From contig JBEEOW010000017.1 of NCBI GenBank assembly GCA_041191405.1, positions 10,317 through 74,316 of the forward strand: 64,000 bases of DNA. The letters run 5' to 3'. Positions 1 through 9,455 of the stretch are shown here, one piece after another. The notes below the pieces were generated by a model, which was given only the letters and a program-made list of their open reading frames with translations, was not told the origin of the DNA and did no database searches. The translations under genes and the position numbers were made by a program. The DNA is from Bacteroidota bacterium. Its GTDB lineage: Bacteria > Bacteroidota > Bacteroidia > Cytophagales > UBA9547. The first letter of the stretch is position 1. Each line of letters begins with the position of its first letter.

Positions 1-216
1 AAAACTCAAAAACCAAATTAAATAATTGATAGGTGTAGATTTTTTTAAAACAATGGGAACAAGCCAGAAATAGTTGATATAGAATAAGGCTCCTGTAACT
101 AAAGTATTGCCTGCATTCATCCAAAGGTTTGTTGAATCCTCAAAATAATCTCTACTAATATTGGCTACCCAAAATAATAAATGTAGCCAAAATATATTTT
201 TTACTATTTTATTCAT
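1..216 (-). CDS. Sensor histidine kinase paralogue, N-terminal membrane region (partial, runs off window start)
   Basis: My translation of the minus strand from ATG at 216-214 is open to position 1: MNKIVKNIFWLHLLFWVANISRDYFEDSTNLWMNAGNTLVTGALFYINYFWLVPIVLKK... This parallels the N-terminus of the adjacent kinase (FYFNYLYLVPQFLIKK). The start overlaps the upstream stop by 8 nt. Confidence 0.45.
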   Translation of the reverse strand, partial: MNKIVKNIFWLHLLFWVANISRDYFEDSTNLWMNAGNTLVTGALFYINYFWLVPIVLKKSTPINYLIWFLSF

Positions 217-1210
217 TTTTTAATACTAATGCTACAACAAATAAATCGTCAATAATTTCCGTGTGCAAATGGTGTTTACTTGGGAATAGTAGTTGTAGTC
301 TGCGTTGTACATTTTTGATTCCAATACCTCCATTTTTGTCTTTTCTTTTGCTATTATCAATAAGGTTGGTAATTGAAAAATGAATTTCTTTCTCTGTAAA
401 ATTCAATCGAATATTAAATGTTGATTTTTCAGATGTATCACCATGTTTAAAAGCATTTTCAATAAATGGTATAAATAGCATAGGTTCAATACATTTTTGT
501 TGATTTTCAATATTTCCATTTATTTCAAAATTGATAGTGTTGAAATATCTCATTTTGTTCAATGCAATAAAACTTTTTATATGTTCTATTTCTGCCTCCA
601 AACTAATTTTTTCTCCTTTTTCAAAACTTTCAAAATATTGCATCATATTTTTTAGTTGTGCAATAGCAACAGAAGTTAAATTTGATTTTTTTAATGATAA
701 GCTGTAGATGTTGTTCAGGGTGTTAAATAAAAAATGTGGGCTCATTTGTGATTGTAAATACAATAATTCAGTTTTTGATACTTCTTGTTCAAGTTTTTGT
801 TTCTGTTTTTCACTTTCCATCCAATAGTCAAACATACTCAAACCTGTACTTATAAATAAACCATACATCCATGTAAACGAATATACTTTTAGTTGATAAT
901 CATTAAATAGTGGTAAGTTAAAATTGAAATTATTCCACAAAAAAGCATCTGAAACCGTGAGCATTAAAAGGTTAAAACCAACGCCAATTAAATATTTTGA
1001 GTATTGTTTTTTTATCAAAAATTGAGGTACAAGGTATAAATAATTAAAATAAAAATAGGTTATATAACTGCATTGGATACAAAAACTTGCTGTAAAAAAT
1101 ACAACTGCATTTGATTCTGTTAAGTAAGGTAATTGTTGGGTAATAAAATCAATCCCTATGCTAAATAACCAAAATAATACATGTATAAATATTTTTAAAC
1201 TTTTGGGCAT
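209..1210 (-). CDS. LytS/YehU-type sensor histidine kinase (membrane N-terminus, His_kinase and HATPase_c domains)
   Basis: H-box SPHFLFNTLNNIYSL is typical of PF06580-type kinases. C-terminal ATPase motifs IENAFKHG and GGIGIKNVQRRLQLLF. Several N-terminal TM helices. Confidence 0.8.
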   Translation of the reverse strand: MPKSLKIFIHVLFWLFSIGIDFITQQLPYLTESNAVVFFTASFCIQCSYITYFYFNYLYLVPQFLIKKQYSKYLIGVGFNLLMLTVSDAFLWNNFNFNLPLFNDYQLKVYSFTWMYGLFISTGLSMFDYWMESEKQKQKLEQEVSKTELLYLQSQMSPHFLFNTLNNIYSLSLKKSNLTSVAIAQLKNMMQYFESFEKGEKISLEAEIEHIKSFIALNKMRYFNTINFEINGNIENQQKCIEPMLFIPFIENAFKHGDTSEKSTFNIRLNFTEKEIHFSITNLIDNSKRKDKNGGIGIKNVQRRLQLLFPSKHHLHTEIIDDLFVVALVLKNE

Positions 1211-1216
1211 TGGTGG

Positions 1217-1251
1217 TTAATTAATAATTAGCAATTAAGAATTAATAAATT
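1217..1251. repeat. Degenerate tandem heptamer tract (NNAATTA x4-5) abutting the kinase start codon
   Basis: Read directly: TTAATTA ATAATTA GCAATTA AGAATTA ATAAATT. Confidence 0.6.
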
Positions 1252-1983
1252 TTTTGCTCTACTGGATTCAGAATGAATCCCCTTATGTTTACTTAATATT
1301 TTCAACTCATTTATATAAACACAATAGGGATATAGTTTTTAAATTATTAATAATCAGACCTATATATCTGTTGTGGTTAATAAGTATTCCGAAAACATAG
1401 TTTTATTTTCTTCGAAAATCTTTTAAGTCTAATAAATAATTATATAAATTATTTAATCCATTTCTTAAAACTAATAAAACAAATCATAATAATATTCAAC
1501 AATCTTTATAAAGCTTGAAAATGACGATTAATACCATGATTTTATCTATAAATGTAACTTTATGAAGTTCGTCGATAAAAATAAGGTTTATATCTGGTGT
1601 TGTTTGCTTTTGATAGAAACTAATTTTTAGAGTCAATTATATTTTATTGATTTGATAAATAATTAATTAAAATAATTGGTTGGCTTATGGGAACTACAAT
1701 ATTATTACCAGACTTAGGTTATAAAATTTTAAGATTTAAAATTTCATTACCCAAAATTGACGTTTTGTTAGTTATTTTGCATGCTTTTTTGTTACTTGCA
1801 GTGTTTTCTATTTTTTATGTGAATCACCCTCGTATGGTTTTCAAAAAGCCATTCTTAAAGCATAAAGCCAACCTTGTTTATGCTATTAAGCCAATAATTT
1901 AATTTGTATTATTTCTATTTGAAAATAATATATTTTGAAATACAATTTATTAATTCACAATAACTGATAACTTAATTTTACTC

Positions 1984-4353
1984 ATGAAATATTTAATATA
2001 CATTTTATTATTTTGGTTTGGAGCGAGCAATATTGCATTGGCTCAAAATGCTTCAATTACAGGCACAGTAACTGACGAAAATAACAATCCAGTTGAATTT
2101 GTGAATATAAAACTGATTTCTTTACCTGATTCAGCAAAGGTAAAAGTGCAAACTACCAACGAATTTGGGCAATACCGATTTAATGAATTACCTGCTGGTA
2201 AATATGCATTGGTTTCACTGTTAATTGGTTATGATAAAAATGTCAGTGAGTCTATTATTTTGTTGCAAGATGAGAAAAAGACTTTTAAAGTAAGTATAAA
2301 ATCTACAGTTCTTAAAACAGCCGAGATTACTGTTACCGCAAAACGCCCATTAGTACGTGTAGAGGATGGTAAAATGATTGTTGATGTTGAAAATACATTG
2401 TCAAATTCAGGACAATCGGCAATTGAAGTTTTGAGGAAATCACCAGGTGTATTTATTGACCAAGATGGTAAAATTCAGTTAAAAGGGAAGTCAGGTGTGC
2501 AAGTTATGCTTGATGACAAAGTGATGTATATGAGTGAAGATCAATTGGCAAATCTTTTGAAATCTATTCCTGCTGACCAAATTAAAGAAATTGAGTTAAT
2601 TACAAGCCCATCTGCGAAATATGACGCAACTGGTACTGCTGGTATTATAAATATTAAGCTTAAAAAAGGTGCTTATGAAGGTTGGAATGGATCAACAAAT
2701 TTATCAGTGGGTTCTGGGAAATTCAGAAAAAGCAGTGTTGGTGCAAATTTAACTTACAAGAAAAATAAAATATTCTTTAATACAGGTTTGCAACATCAAA
2801 ACAGTGTGAATTACTCTGATTTCTATAACGACAGAAACGATTCGGATCCAACAGTGTTGAATAAAAGAATATACAATTCAACGCAATACGAAATGCCATT
2901 TACAAATACCAATTTCAATTTGAAAGGTGAGTATAAAGTAACTGAAAAAACATCTTTTACTTTTGACTTAAATGATGGTTTTGGTAGATACAATTGGCAT
3001 GGAAACGGATTTTCAAAACAATATAACCAAAGTGATGCTGTACGAAGTTCATTTTCAAATAAAGACGATGGATATACTCAATGGTTTAACGTATACACAA
3101 GTTTAGGTTTTAAACATAAATTTGATACAAATGCTACTGTATTAGATGGTTATGCAGCTTACAATAGTAATTTTGGCCATGAAGAAAAATTGCAAAGTCT
3201 AATCCAATTCGATTCATTAGGTGCTGATGCCAAAAATCCTTTTTATTTTAAAAATAATCTAAACTATTATTCTAATAAATATAATGCACAATTAGATTTT
3301 AAGAAAAAGTTAGGAGAAAAAATAAAAATAGAAACAGGAATTAAAGGTGTGCACTTGGATGATAATAATCCTAATAATATTACAATTACCCAAAATCACG
3401 CAGAGAAAGATGTTAGTAATTATTTTATTTATGAAGAAAATGTGTATGCGGCATATGGTTTAAGTTATTTGAATTTTGGGAAATGGAATATTCAAGCTGG
3501 TTTAAGGGTTGAAAATACACAAACAAAAGGTACTTTGTCATTGATTGATAGTGTGTTTACTCGTAATTATACAAACTTATTTCCAACGGGTAATATTACT
3601 TTTGTACCAAATGACAAACGTTCACATGCCCTGATGTATTCTCGAAGAATTACTCGTCCTGAAGGTGATCAATTAAACCCTGTTTTAAATATTATTGACC
3701 CATATAATGCTTGGGGAGGGGATCCATATTTACTACCTCAATATGCTGATAATACTGAGCTTACTAATACATTCTTTGGAGGAGGTTTAGTAGCTTCAGC
3801 AAATTACACTTATGTTAAAAATCCAATTGTTTGGACAAATAAACTTTCTAAAGTAGATAATAGATTTATTAATGGTCCACGCAATCTTGAATTTCAAAAA
3901 AGTTTTGGTGTAACAATTTCCGTTAATGCTCCAATATTTAAATGGTGGCAAACAAGTAATAGTGGAGCATATATTTATAATCAGTTTGTTGGCACAACAG
4001 ATTTTGGAAAAATTGATAACCAAATGGGAGGTTGGACAGCCAATTCAACACAAACATTTAGTTTGCCAAAGGATTTTACTGTAGAAGCATCTGGAATGTA
4101 TAACTCGCCAACTTCATATGCATTTTCAAAATCTTATGCACGTTGGCAAGTGAACTTATCAGTACAAACAAAAATTTGGAAGAAAAAAGCATCAATAAAA
4201 CTAGCATTTAATGATATGTTTTGGACTTTCCAATATGGAGGTTCAAACCAAATGGGCACATCGTTTCAAAAGTCGGGTTACCGTTGGGATAACAGAACTG
4301 TAATGTTTACTTTCTCATACAGATTTGGAAATCAGTTAATGAAATCGGAGTAG
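1984..4353 (+). CDS. Outer-membrane beta-barrel protein, TonB-dependent-receptor-like, with N-terminal carboxypeptidase-regulatory-like domain
   Basis: Signal peptide ending ALAQ. CarbopepD_reg-like ITGTVTDENNNPVEFVNIKL. Plug-like SPGVFIDQDGKIQLKGKSGVQVMLDDK. Long beta-rich C-terminus ending TFSYRFG. Confidence 0.75.
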   Translation: MKYLIYILLFWFGASNIALAQNASITGTVTDENNNPVEFVNIKLISLPDSAKVKVQTTNEFGQYRFNELPAGKYALVSLLIGYDKNVSESIILLQDEKKTFKVSIKSTVLKTAEITVTAKRPLVRVEDGKMIVDVENTLSNSGQSAIEVLRKSPGVFIDQDGKIQLKGKSGVQVMLDDKVMYMSEDQLANLLKSIPADQIKEIELITSPSAKYDATGTAGIINIKLKKGAYEGWNGSTNLSVGSGKFRKSSVGANLTYKKNKIFFNTGLQHQNSVNYSDFYNDRNDSDPTVLNKRIYNSTQYEMPFTNTNFNLKGEYKVTEKTSFTFDLNDGFGRYNWHGNGFSKQYNQSDAVRSSFSNKDDGYTQWFNVYTSLGFKHKFDTNATVLDGYAAYNSNFGHEEKLQSLIQFDSLGADAKNPFYFKNNLNYYSNKYNAQLDFKKKLGEKIKIETGIKGVHLDDNNPNNITITQNHAEKDVSNYFIYEENVYAAYGLSYLNFGKWNIQAGLRVENTQTKGTLSLIDSVFTRNYTNLFPTGNITFVPNDKRSHALMYSRRITRPEGDQLNPVLNIIDPYNAWGGDPYLLPQYADNTELTNTFFGGGLVASANYTYVKNPIVWTNKLSKVDNRFINGPRNLEFQKSFGVTISVNAPIFKWWQTSNSGAYIYNQFVGTTDFGKIDNQMGGWTANSTQTFSLPKDFTVEASGMYNSPTSYAFSKSYARWQVNLSVQTKIWKKKASIKLAFNDMFWTFQYGGSNQMGTSFQKSGYRWDNRTVMFTFSYRFGNQLMKSE

Positions 4354-4419
4354 CAGTTGTAATTGTTTAGACGAGGCATTCATAGTCACTTCGATAAAAA
4401 ATCAAAAATAAATAATTGT

Positions 4420-4449
4420 AGAGATATGGCATGCCATGTCTCTTTTTTA
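4420..4449 (+). terminator. Rho-independent terminator built on a 12-bp palindrome AGAGATATGGCA/TGCCATGTCTCT plus T-tract
   Basis: Perfect pairing apart from one G.U wobble, followed by TTTTTTATT. Lies 66 nt after the barrel-gene stop. Confidence 0.75.
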
Positions 4450-4567
4450 TTGTAATTTTTTTCTTTTTTACATTCAATTTAACTCCCCAAAAAAATATTT
4501 TTCAAAAAATACCGTGACCTTTTCAAATTTTGACATTAAGTCTACAGAAAGCAATTAATTTTACTGC

Positions 4568-5107
4568 ATGACAGATCAAGAAATCATATCAAGCCTTAAG
4601 TCGAATAGGCCACAACTTGGGCTTAAGGAATTGTACAAACAGTATACGCCAGTTAAAAAGTTTATTATCAATAATGGCGGTTCGGCTGATGATGCTTATG
4701 ATATTTTTCAAGAAGCTATTTTGGTTTTTTATGACAAAGTATTACACACTGAATTTGAACTCAGTAGCACTATTGGCACTTATTTGTTTAGTATTTCAAA
4801 ATACAAATGGAAACAGGTTTTGATTGCAAAAAATAGATTAAACGAATATGTCGGTTTATTTTCAGAAGGGGACTTTATAGTGGAAGAAAATGAATCGTAC
4901 TTTCAAATAGCTGAAAATGCTCTGGCTCAAATTGGCGAAAAGTGTAAAGCTATTTTAGTGTCGTTTTATCACTACAAACTAAGTATGACTAAAATTGCCG
5001 AAACTTATGGTTTTACTTCTGAAAATGTGGCTAAAAATCAGAAATACAAATGTTTAGAAAAAGCTCGAAATGCATTTAAGTCGCTTTTAGTACAAGCCAA
5101 TGTTTAA
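4568..5107 (+). CDS. RNA polymerase sigma-70 family ECF-type sigma factor
   Basis: 179 aa. Region-2-like DIFQEAILVFYDKV...YLFSISKYKW. Region-4 HTH LSMTKIAETYGFTSENVAKNQKYKCLEKA. An anti-sigma-like gene follows 11 nt later. Confidence 0.75.
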   Translation: MTDQEIISSLKSNRPQLGLKELYKQYTPVKKFIINNGGSADDAYDIFQEAILVFYDKVLHTEFELSSTIGTYLFSISKYKWKQVLIAKNRLNEYVGLFSEGDFIVEENESYFQIAENALAQIGEKCKAILVSFYHYKLSMTKIAETYGFTSENVAKNQKYKCLEKARNAFKSLLVQANV

Positions 5108-5118
5108 TTATTGCCAAT

Positions 5119-6384
5119 ATGAGAAATGAATTAAATACCATAGAACAAATTGAGCGATTTTTAAACAATGAACTCAATCCTGATGAAAGAGAAACTTTTA
5201 AACAAGAAATGGCCTTGGATCAAGATTTACAAGAAAATGTAATTGCTCAAAAAGTAATGCAAAGAGCAATTATGCAACTCGGAATGCGAGAAGAAATTGC
5301 AAATGCAGGTAAAAGCTACCAAAAGGAGTTGAAAATAAGAATTACAATTTGGGTAATGGTAGGTATTGGAATGGCTTCTGTAATTGGGTTTTCAATATTT
5401 AAATTATTGCAACACGACTCTACAGGAATTCAGAGGGTTAGGTTTGAGAATAACAAATTGAAAGTATCTAATCAATTATTGGAAAAACCAACATTCAGCA
5501 ATTTAAAACTGGATAATATAAATAATAATTCAACAAAAAAAATATCCAATAATGAAAGTTTAAAAGAAGATATTGCTCATCAAGAACATGATTATAACAA
5601 ATTTGTTCATTCAGATTCTCTTTTAAATAAATCCATTTCTGAATATAATGCAGAAAAACCAAGCTCGAATAAAGAGCATGAAGCGAGTGCTAAAATTCAG
5701 AAACAAGAAATTTTAACATCACAAAATGCCAAACTTATACCTCAAAAAACCAAAAGAAAAGATGAGTCAAAAATGGATGATGTTTTGGAATCTATAGGGG
5801 GAATTTTTAATAATTGGGGCTCAATATTTAAGTCAAAACCCAAAACAAATAAAGGAAAAATTCAAGCAGCTACAATAACCATTACTAATAATTTGTCGAA
5901 GGATGTATTAGTTTTTTGGGTTGATGCTCAGGGGAATGAAATGAAATATAAGTTGATAAGAGCAAACGAAGGTTATGTACAAGAAACATATTTGGGGCAC
6001 GTTTGGGTGTTACGAACATCAGATGATTCTGAGAAAGTAGTTGAGTTTAAAATCACCAAAAGAAATCAACATTTTGATACAGAAGGCGAAGTTTCAAATG
6101 CAAAATTTAAAGAAACTCAGAAAAATATATTTTGGGCACCAGTTTTTAAAGAAGCAATTAAAGCATCAACAATTACTGTAAAAAATACTTTACAAGAAAC
6201 TGTTGCTGTGTATTGGCTTGATTACAGAAATATGGAAATTCAATATTTTAAGCTTGCAGCAAATGAAGAAAAAAAGCAAGCAACATTTATTGACCAAAAT
6301 TGGGTTATTCGCAAATTAAGTGACTCCACAAAGGTGCTCCAATTTACTGTAACTAAGTCTGAAGAATATTTTGAAGTTAAATAA
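5119..6384 (+). CDS. Single-pass anti-sigma-factor-like membrane protein with two C-terminal VHL beta-domain-like repeats
   Basis: Cytoplasmic helical N-terminus (aa 1-70), TM helix aa ~74-96 (IRITIWVMVGIGMASVIGFSIFKLL), then a low-complexity linker. Two ~75-aa repeats (aa ~248-320 and ~346-421) align without gaps to the pVHL core W88..Y98..S111-Y-x-G-H115-x-W117. Confidence 0.65.
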   Translation: MRNELNTIEQIERFLNNELNPDERETFKQEMALDQDLQENVIAQKVMQRAIMQLGMREEIANAGKSYQKELKIRITIWVMVGIGMASVIGFSIFKLLQHDSTGIQRVRFENNKLKVSNQLLEKPTFSNLKLDNINNNSTKKISNNESLKEDIAHQEHDYNKFVHSDSLLNKSISEYNAEKPSSNKEHEASAKIQKQEILTSQNAKLIPQKTKRKDESKMDDVLESIGGIFNNWGSIFKSKPKTNKGKIQAATITITNNLSKDVLVFWVDAQGNEMKYKLIRANEGYVQETYLGHVWVLRTSDDSEKVVEFKITKRNQHFDTEGEVSNAKFKETQKNIFWAPVFKEAIKASTITVKNTLQETVAVYWLDYRNMEIQYFKLAANEEKKQATFIDQNWVIRKLSDSTKVLQFTVTKSEEYFEVK

Positions 6385-6400
6385 TTTTATTACAAACAGT

Positions 6401-8404
6401 ATGAAATATATATTGATATTTATTGTAGTGATAACAAATGTTGTCAATACCTTCGGACAAGGGAATAATACCTTATTAGTGGATGACTTTTCAGGTATTC
6501 ATTTGAAAAATTTATTTAATAATTATTGGTACGAATACACTGATAAGGCAAATAATGGCAACTCAGTGCTAAAGTTCTATTACGAAACCGAGGCAACCAA
6601 CAAAGTATTACGAGTTGATTATAAGCTAAATAAAGGTGCTTGTCCTCTCCATGCTTATGCAGTTTTAAGCTGCCCAATAAAGCCTGAAACCGTTGATACT
6701 GCTGATTTTAATGGTATTGCTTATGATTTCAAAGGCGATGAACACACTTTTAAGTACCGTATTTCTGCGGTAAAAGACTATTCATTTCATGAAAAAAATG
6801 TTGATTACTCAGACGATTGGACTACAGTAATTATCCCGTTTTCTGAATTAAAACAAACTTGGGGAAACCCTGTACCTTTCAATAAAAATTTAATTGAAAC
6901 TCTACAATGGGAAATAGTTAGTTATAGCAATGATACTGGCTATTTTCAAATAGACAATATTCGATTGATAAAGGATATTGATAAATTTAAAGCTGAAGTA
7001 AAACGAACTACGCCTCGTTATAATCTTGATACTACTTTTTCTGCTGAAGGTGTAAAGAAAGATATAATTGCATTCAAAAATGGTTTGGAAGAGGTTCACC
7101 CTAATTTGTATCGTTATATTTCAAAAAAAGCATTAGATTCTTTATTTAATCTAACCATAAATTCAATAAATAAGCCTCTAACAGTTTCTCAAGCATTATT
7201 AAAAATCAAACCAATAAAGATTGCCATAAAAGATGGTTTTGATGTTGCCTTGCCAAGTAAATATCTTGAAGCACTCGAAAACAATAAATTATTCCCTTTT
7301 GATATTAAAATTTTCAATGAAAAACTATATATCTATAATAATTATACTTCTGATACTACCATTAAAAAAGGAGATTTAATTGTTTCAATCAATAATCAGT
7401 CTGCATCTGATATTGTCAAAAATATGCTTGCTCAATGTACCAATGCTGGTAACATTACCTCAAAATCAAAGTATTATGTTGAATGGGCGTTTAATACATT
7501 GTTCCCTACTCTTTATGGGCTTAGCGATTCTTATCAATTAGAATTTAAAAATTCAAAAGGAGAAGTTTTAAACAAAAAAATACAAGGTATAACTGCTGAC
7601 AAAATAGAATATTATCATAATAATAGAAACAAAAAGTCTGATTTTGAGCCTTATAAATTAAGTTTTGATAAAAAGAAAAGTATAGCTACATTAAAAATAT
7701 CAAGCTTTAGAGATGAAGATTTATACAATGATAAATATAAATTTTTCAAATTTTTGAAAGCATCTTTCGAAGAAATAAAGCAGAAAAAAATTAAAAATTT
7801 AATTCTTGACCTTCGATACTGCGATGGTGGAAACGGTTTTAGTGCTTTAGAGTTAATGAAATATGTCAGTGTAAAAGATTTTCATTTCCTTGATTCATTA
7901 AGGTTGAAAATCAATAACAAACCTTCATTTTTTAATGGTAAAAACCCAATAAAAATAGGTAGTAATTTGGTGAAGCGAGCAACAGGTTATTACGGATACG
8001 AAGGATTAATTAAAAATTATGAAAATGAATCGCCAATTACTCCTTATAAATCTCATTTTACAGGTAAAATTTATGTGCTAACAAATGGAGCAAGTTATAA
8101 TCCATTTATGCTGAATGTTGTATTAAAAGAGCAGCCCAAAGTAGTGTTTATTGGAGATGAGAGTATATCGGAACGTTTAGAATTATCAGGTTATGGTGCA
8201 CCTCTTGTTTTGCCCAACACCAAAATTGTTACTTACATCCCGATTCAAAACTATTATTATTCAAAACCTGAGAATGAAATTTATCAAATAGGGCGAGGTT
8301 TAATGCCAGATTACGAAATGCAGGAAGACTTAGAAAGTTTTTTGATTGGCAAAGATAATTTAATGGACTTCACTTTGGACTTAATCAATAAACCAACAAA
8401 ATAA
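6401..8404 (+). CDS. Secreted S41-family (C-terminal processing/tail-specific) peptidase-like protein with N-terminal CIA30/CBM-like domain
   Basis: ATG at 6401 yields signal peptide MKYILIFIVVITNVVNTFGQ; the track's 6371 start is a TTG inside the upstream stop region. S41-like blocks IKNLILDLRYCDGGNG and YVLTNGASYNPF. The N-terminal 170 aa are jelly-roll-like (YWYEYTDKANNGNS...FQIDNIRL). Confidence 0.6.
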   Translation: MKYILIFIVVITNVVNTFGQGNNTLLVDDFSGIHLKNLFNNYWYEYTDKANNGNSVLKFYYETEATNKVLRVDYKLNKGACPLHAYAVLSCPIKPETVDTADFNGIAYDFKGDEHTFKYRISAVKDYSFHEKNVDYSDDWTTVIIPFSELKQTWGNPVPFNKNLIETLQWEIVSYSNDTGYFQIDNIRLIKDIDKFKAEVKRTTPRYNLDTTFSAEGVKKDIIAFKNGLEEVHPNLYRYISKKALDSLFNLTINSINKPLTVSQALLKIKPIKIAIKDGFDVALPSKYLEALENNKLFPFDIKIFNEKLYIYNNYTSDTTIKKGDLIVSINNQSASDIVKNMLAQCTNAGNITSKSKYYVEWAFNTLFPTLYGLSDSYQLEFKNSKGEVLNKKIQGITADKIEYYHNNRNKKSDFEPYKLSFDKKKSIATLKISSFRDEDLYNDKYKFFKFLKASFEEIKQKKIKNLILDLRYCDGGNGFSALELMKYVSVKDFHFLDSLRLKINNKPSFFNGKNPIKIGSNLVKRATGYYGYEGLIKNYENESPITPYKSHFTGKIYVLTNGASYNPFMLNVVLKEQPKVVFIGDESISERLELSGYGAPLVLPNTKIVTYIPIQNYYYSKPENEIYQIGRGLMPDYEMQEDLESFLIGKDNLMDFTLDLINKPTK

Positions 8405-8534
8405 TTCGGTCGATAAAATCAACCCATTTGTCTGCCAAATATAGGTGTGTATATAATCTATTTGGCTAATAATTAATAATTATCTTCTTTTGTATCAATC
8501 ATAAATCAGTTATTATTTATTAAAATTTAGAATT

Positions 8535-9440
8535 ATGAAAAATTGTATTTTATTACTAGCAAGTTTGTTCATTGCTTTCTCAGGAAGTGCCCAAAGATAT
8601 GGCGTTCCTAATTTTAAAATTGTATCTGATTTTACAGATAAAGCATTTGTCAAAAATATTGATGGTATTGCCATTGATAAACGTGGTTATTTATATGTGC
8701 CTAATTTTCAACAAGAAGGTACAATTGGTATAGTTGATTATTTTGGAAAAGTTTCATCATTTGTTACCTTACCAGAAGGTGGCGTTGCGAGTGGCTTAAC
8801 AGTTGATACCATTGCAAATACACTTTATATTGCTGATTATATAGGTAAAAATATTTATAAATGTGATTTGAATACCAAAGTATTAACATTATTTGTTCAT
8901 AATAATAGTTTTTCTTCTTTGAAAGATATTTTATTAACATCAAATGGAAATTTGTACGTTACCGACCAAGATAATACAATTGGTACGGGGAGTATTTGGC
9001 TTGTAAAACCTGATGGACAAGTTACTATGCTTGAAAGTTCATTGGGTCTTACCAAAGGAATTGCAATTAATAATCAACAAGATATACTTTATGTAACTGA
9101 GGAAATTCAAAGAAGTGAGCAAAAGCTTAGAAATCTATTGAGTTTTGAAATTGACTCGAAAGGTTTTTTATCTAATAAAACCAGATTTTCAACTTTCTTT
9201 GATTTTTCACTTGCAGGAATACAGGTTGATAAGTTTGGAAATATATACATTTCTCGAAGTGAAAAAGGCGTAATTACTATTCTAAATCCAGAAGGAAAAG
9301 TAATTAGAGAAATTACCTTGCTTGGCAAGAATCCAAGTGCCATAACTTTTGGAGGTATAGATAAAAAAACTGTATTTGTAACTGTAAATGATTCATTAAC
9401 AGTACAAAGTTTCAGGATGCCATTGTTAGGGCAGAAGTAA
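8535..9440 (+). CDS. Secreted SMP-30/gluconolactonase/LRE-like six-bladed beta-propeller protein
   Basis: Signal peptide ending GSAQ. Repeated blade motifs (LYIADY, LYVTDQ, LYVTEE, IYISRS, VFVTV) and a size of ~300 aa. Confidence 0.6.
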   Translation: MKNCILLLASLFIAFSGSAQRYGVPNFKIVSDFTDKAFVKNIDGIAIDKRGYLYVPNFQQEGTIGIVDYFGKVSSFVTLPEGGVASGLTVDTIANTLYIADYIGKNIYKCDLNTKVLTLFVHNNSFSSLKDILLTSNGNLYVTDQDNTIGTGSIWLVKPDGQVTMLESSLGLTKGIAINNQQDILYVTEEIQRSEQKLRNLLSFEIDSKGFLSNKTRFSTFFDFSLAGIQVDKFGNIYISRSEKGVITILNPEGKVIREITLLGKNPSAITFGGIDKKTVFVTVNDSLTVQSFRMPLLGQK

Positions 9441-9455
9441 TTAAAATATAATATT

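Noticed and set aside
1687-1902. 71-aa ORF in the long gap upstream of the TonB-receptor-like gene
   Set aside because: It is hydrophobic and low-complexity, produced by AT-rich DNA. It has no recognisable family, no promoter box and no partner gene. I do not consider it supported.
6371-6400. Track start codons that extend ORFs upstream: 6371, 22635, 29417, 39995, 46769, 47688
   Set aside because: Each is a TTG or an early codon lying inside the upstream gene, terminator or spacer. A downstream ATG (6401, 22659, 29507, 40019, 46805, 47733) gives a proper signal peptide or the conserved family N-terminus.
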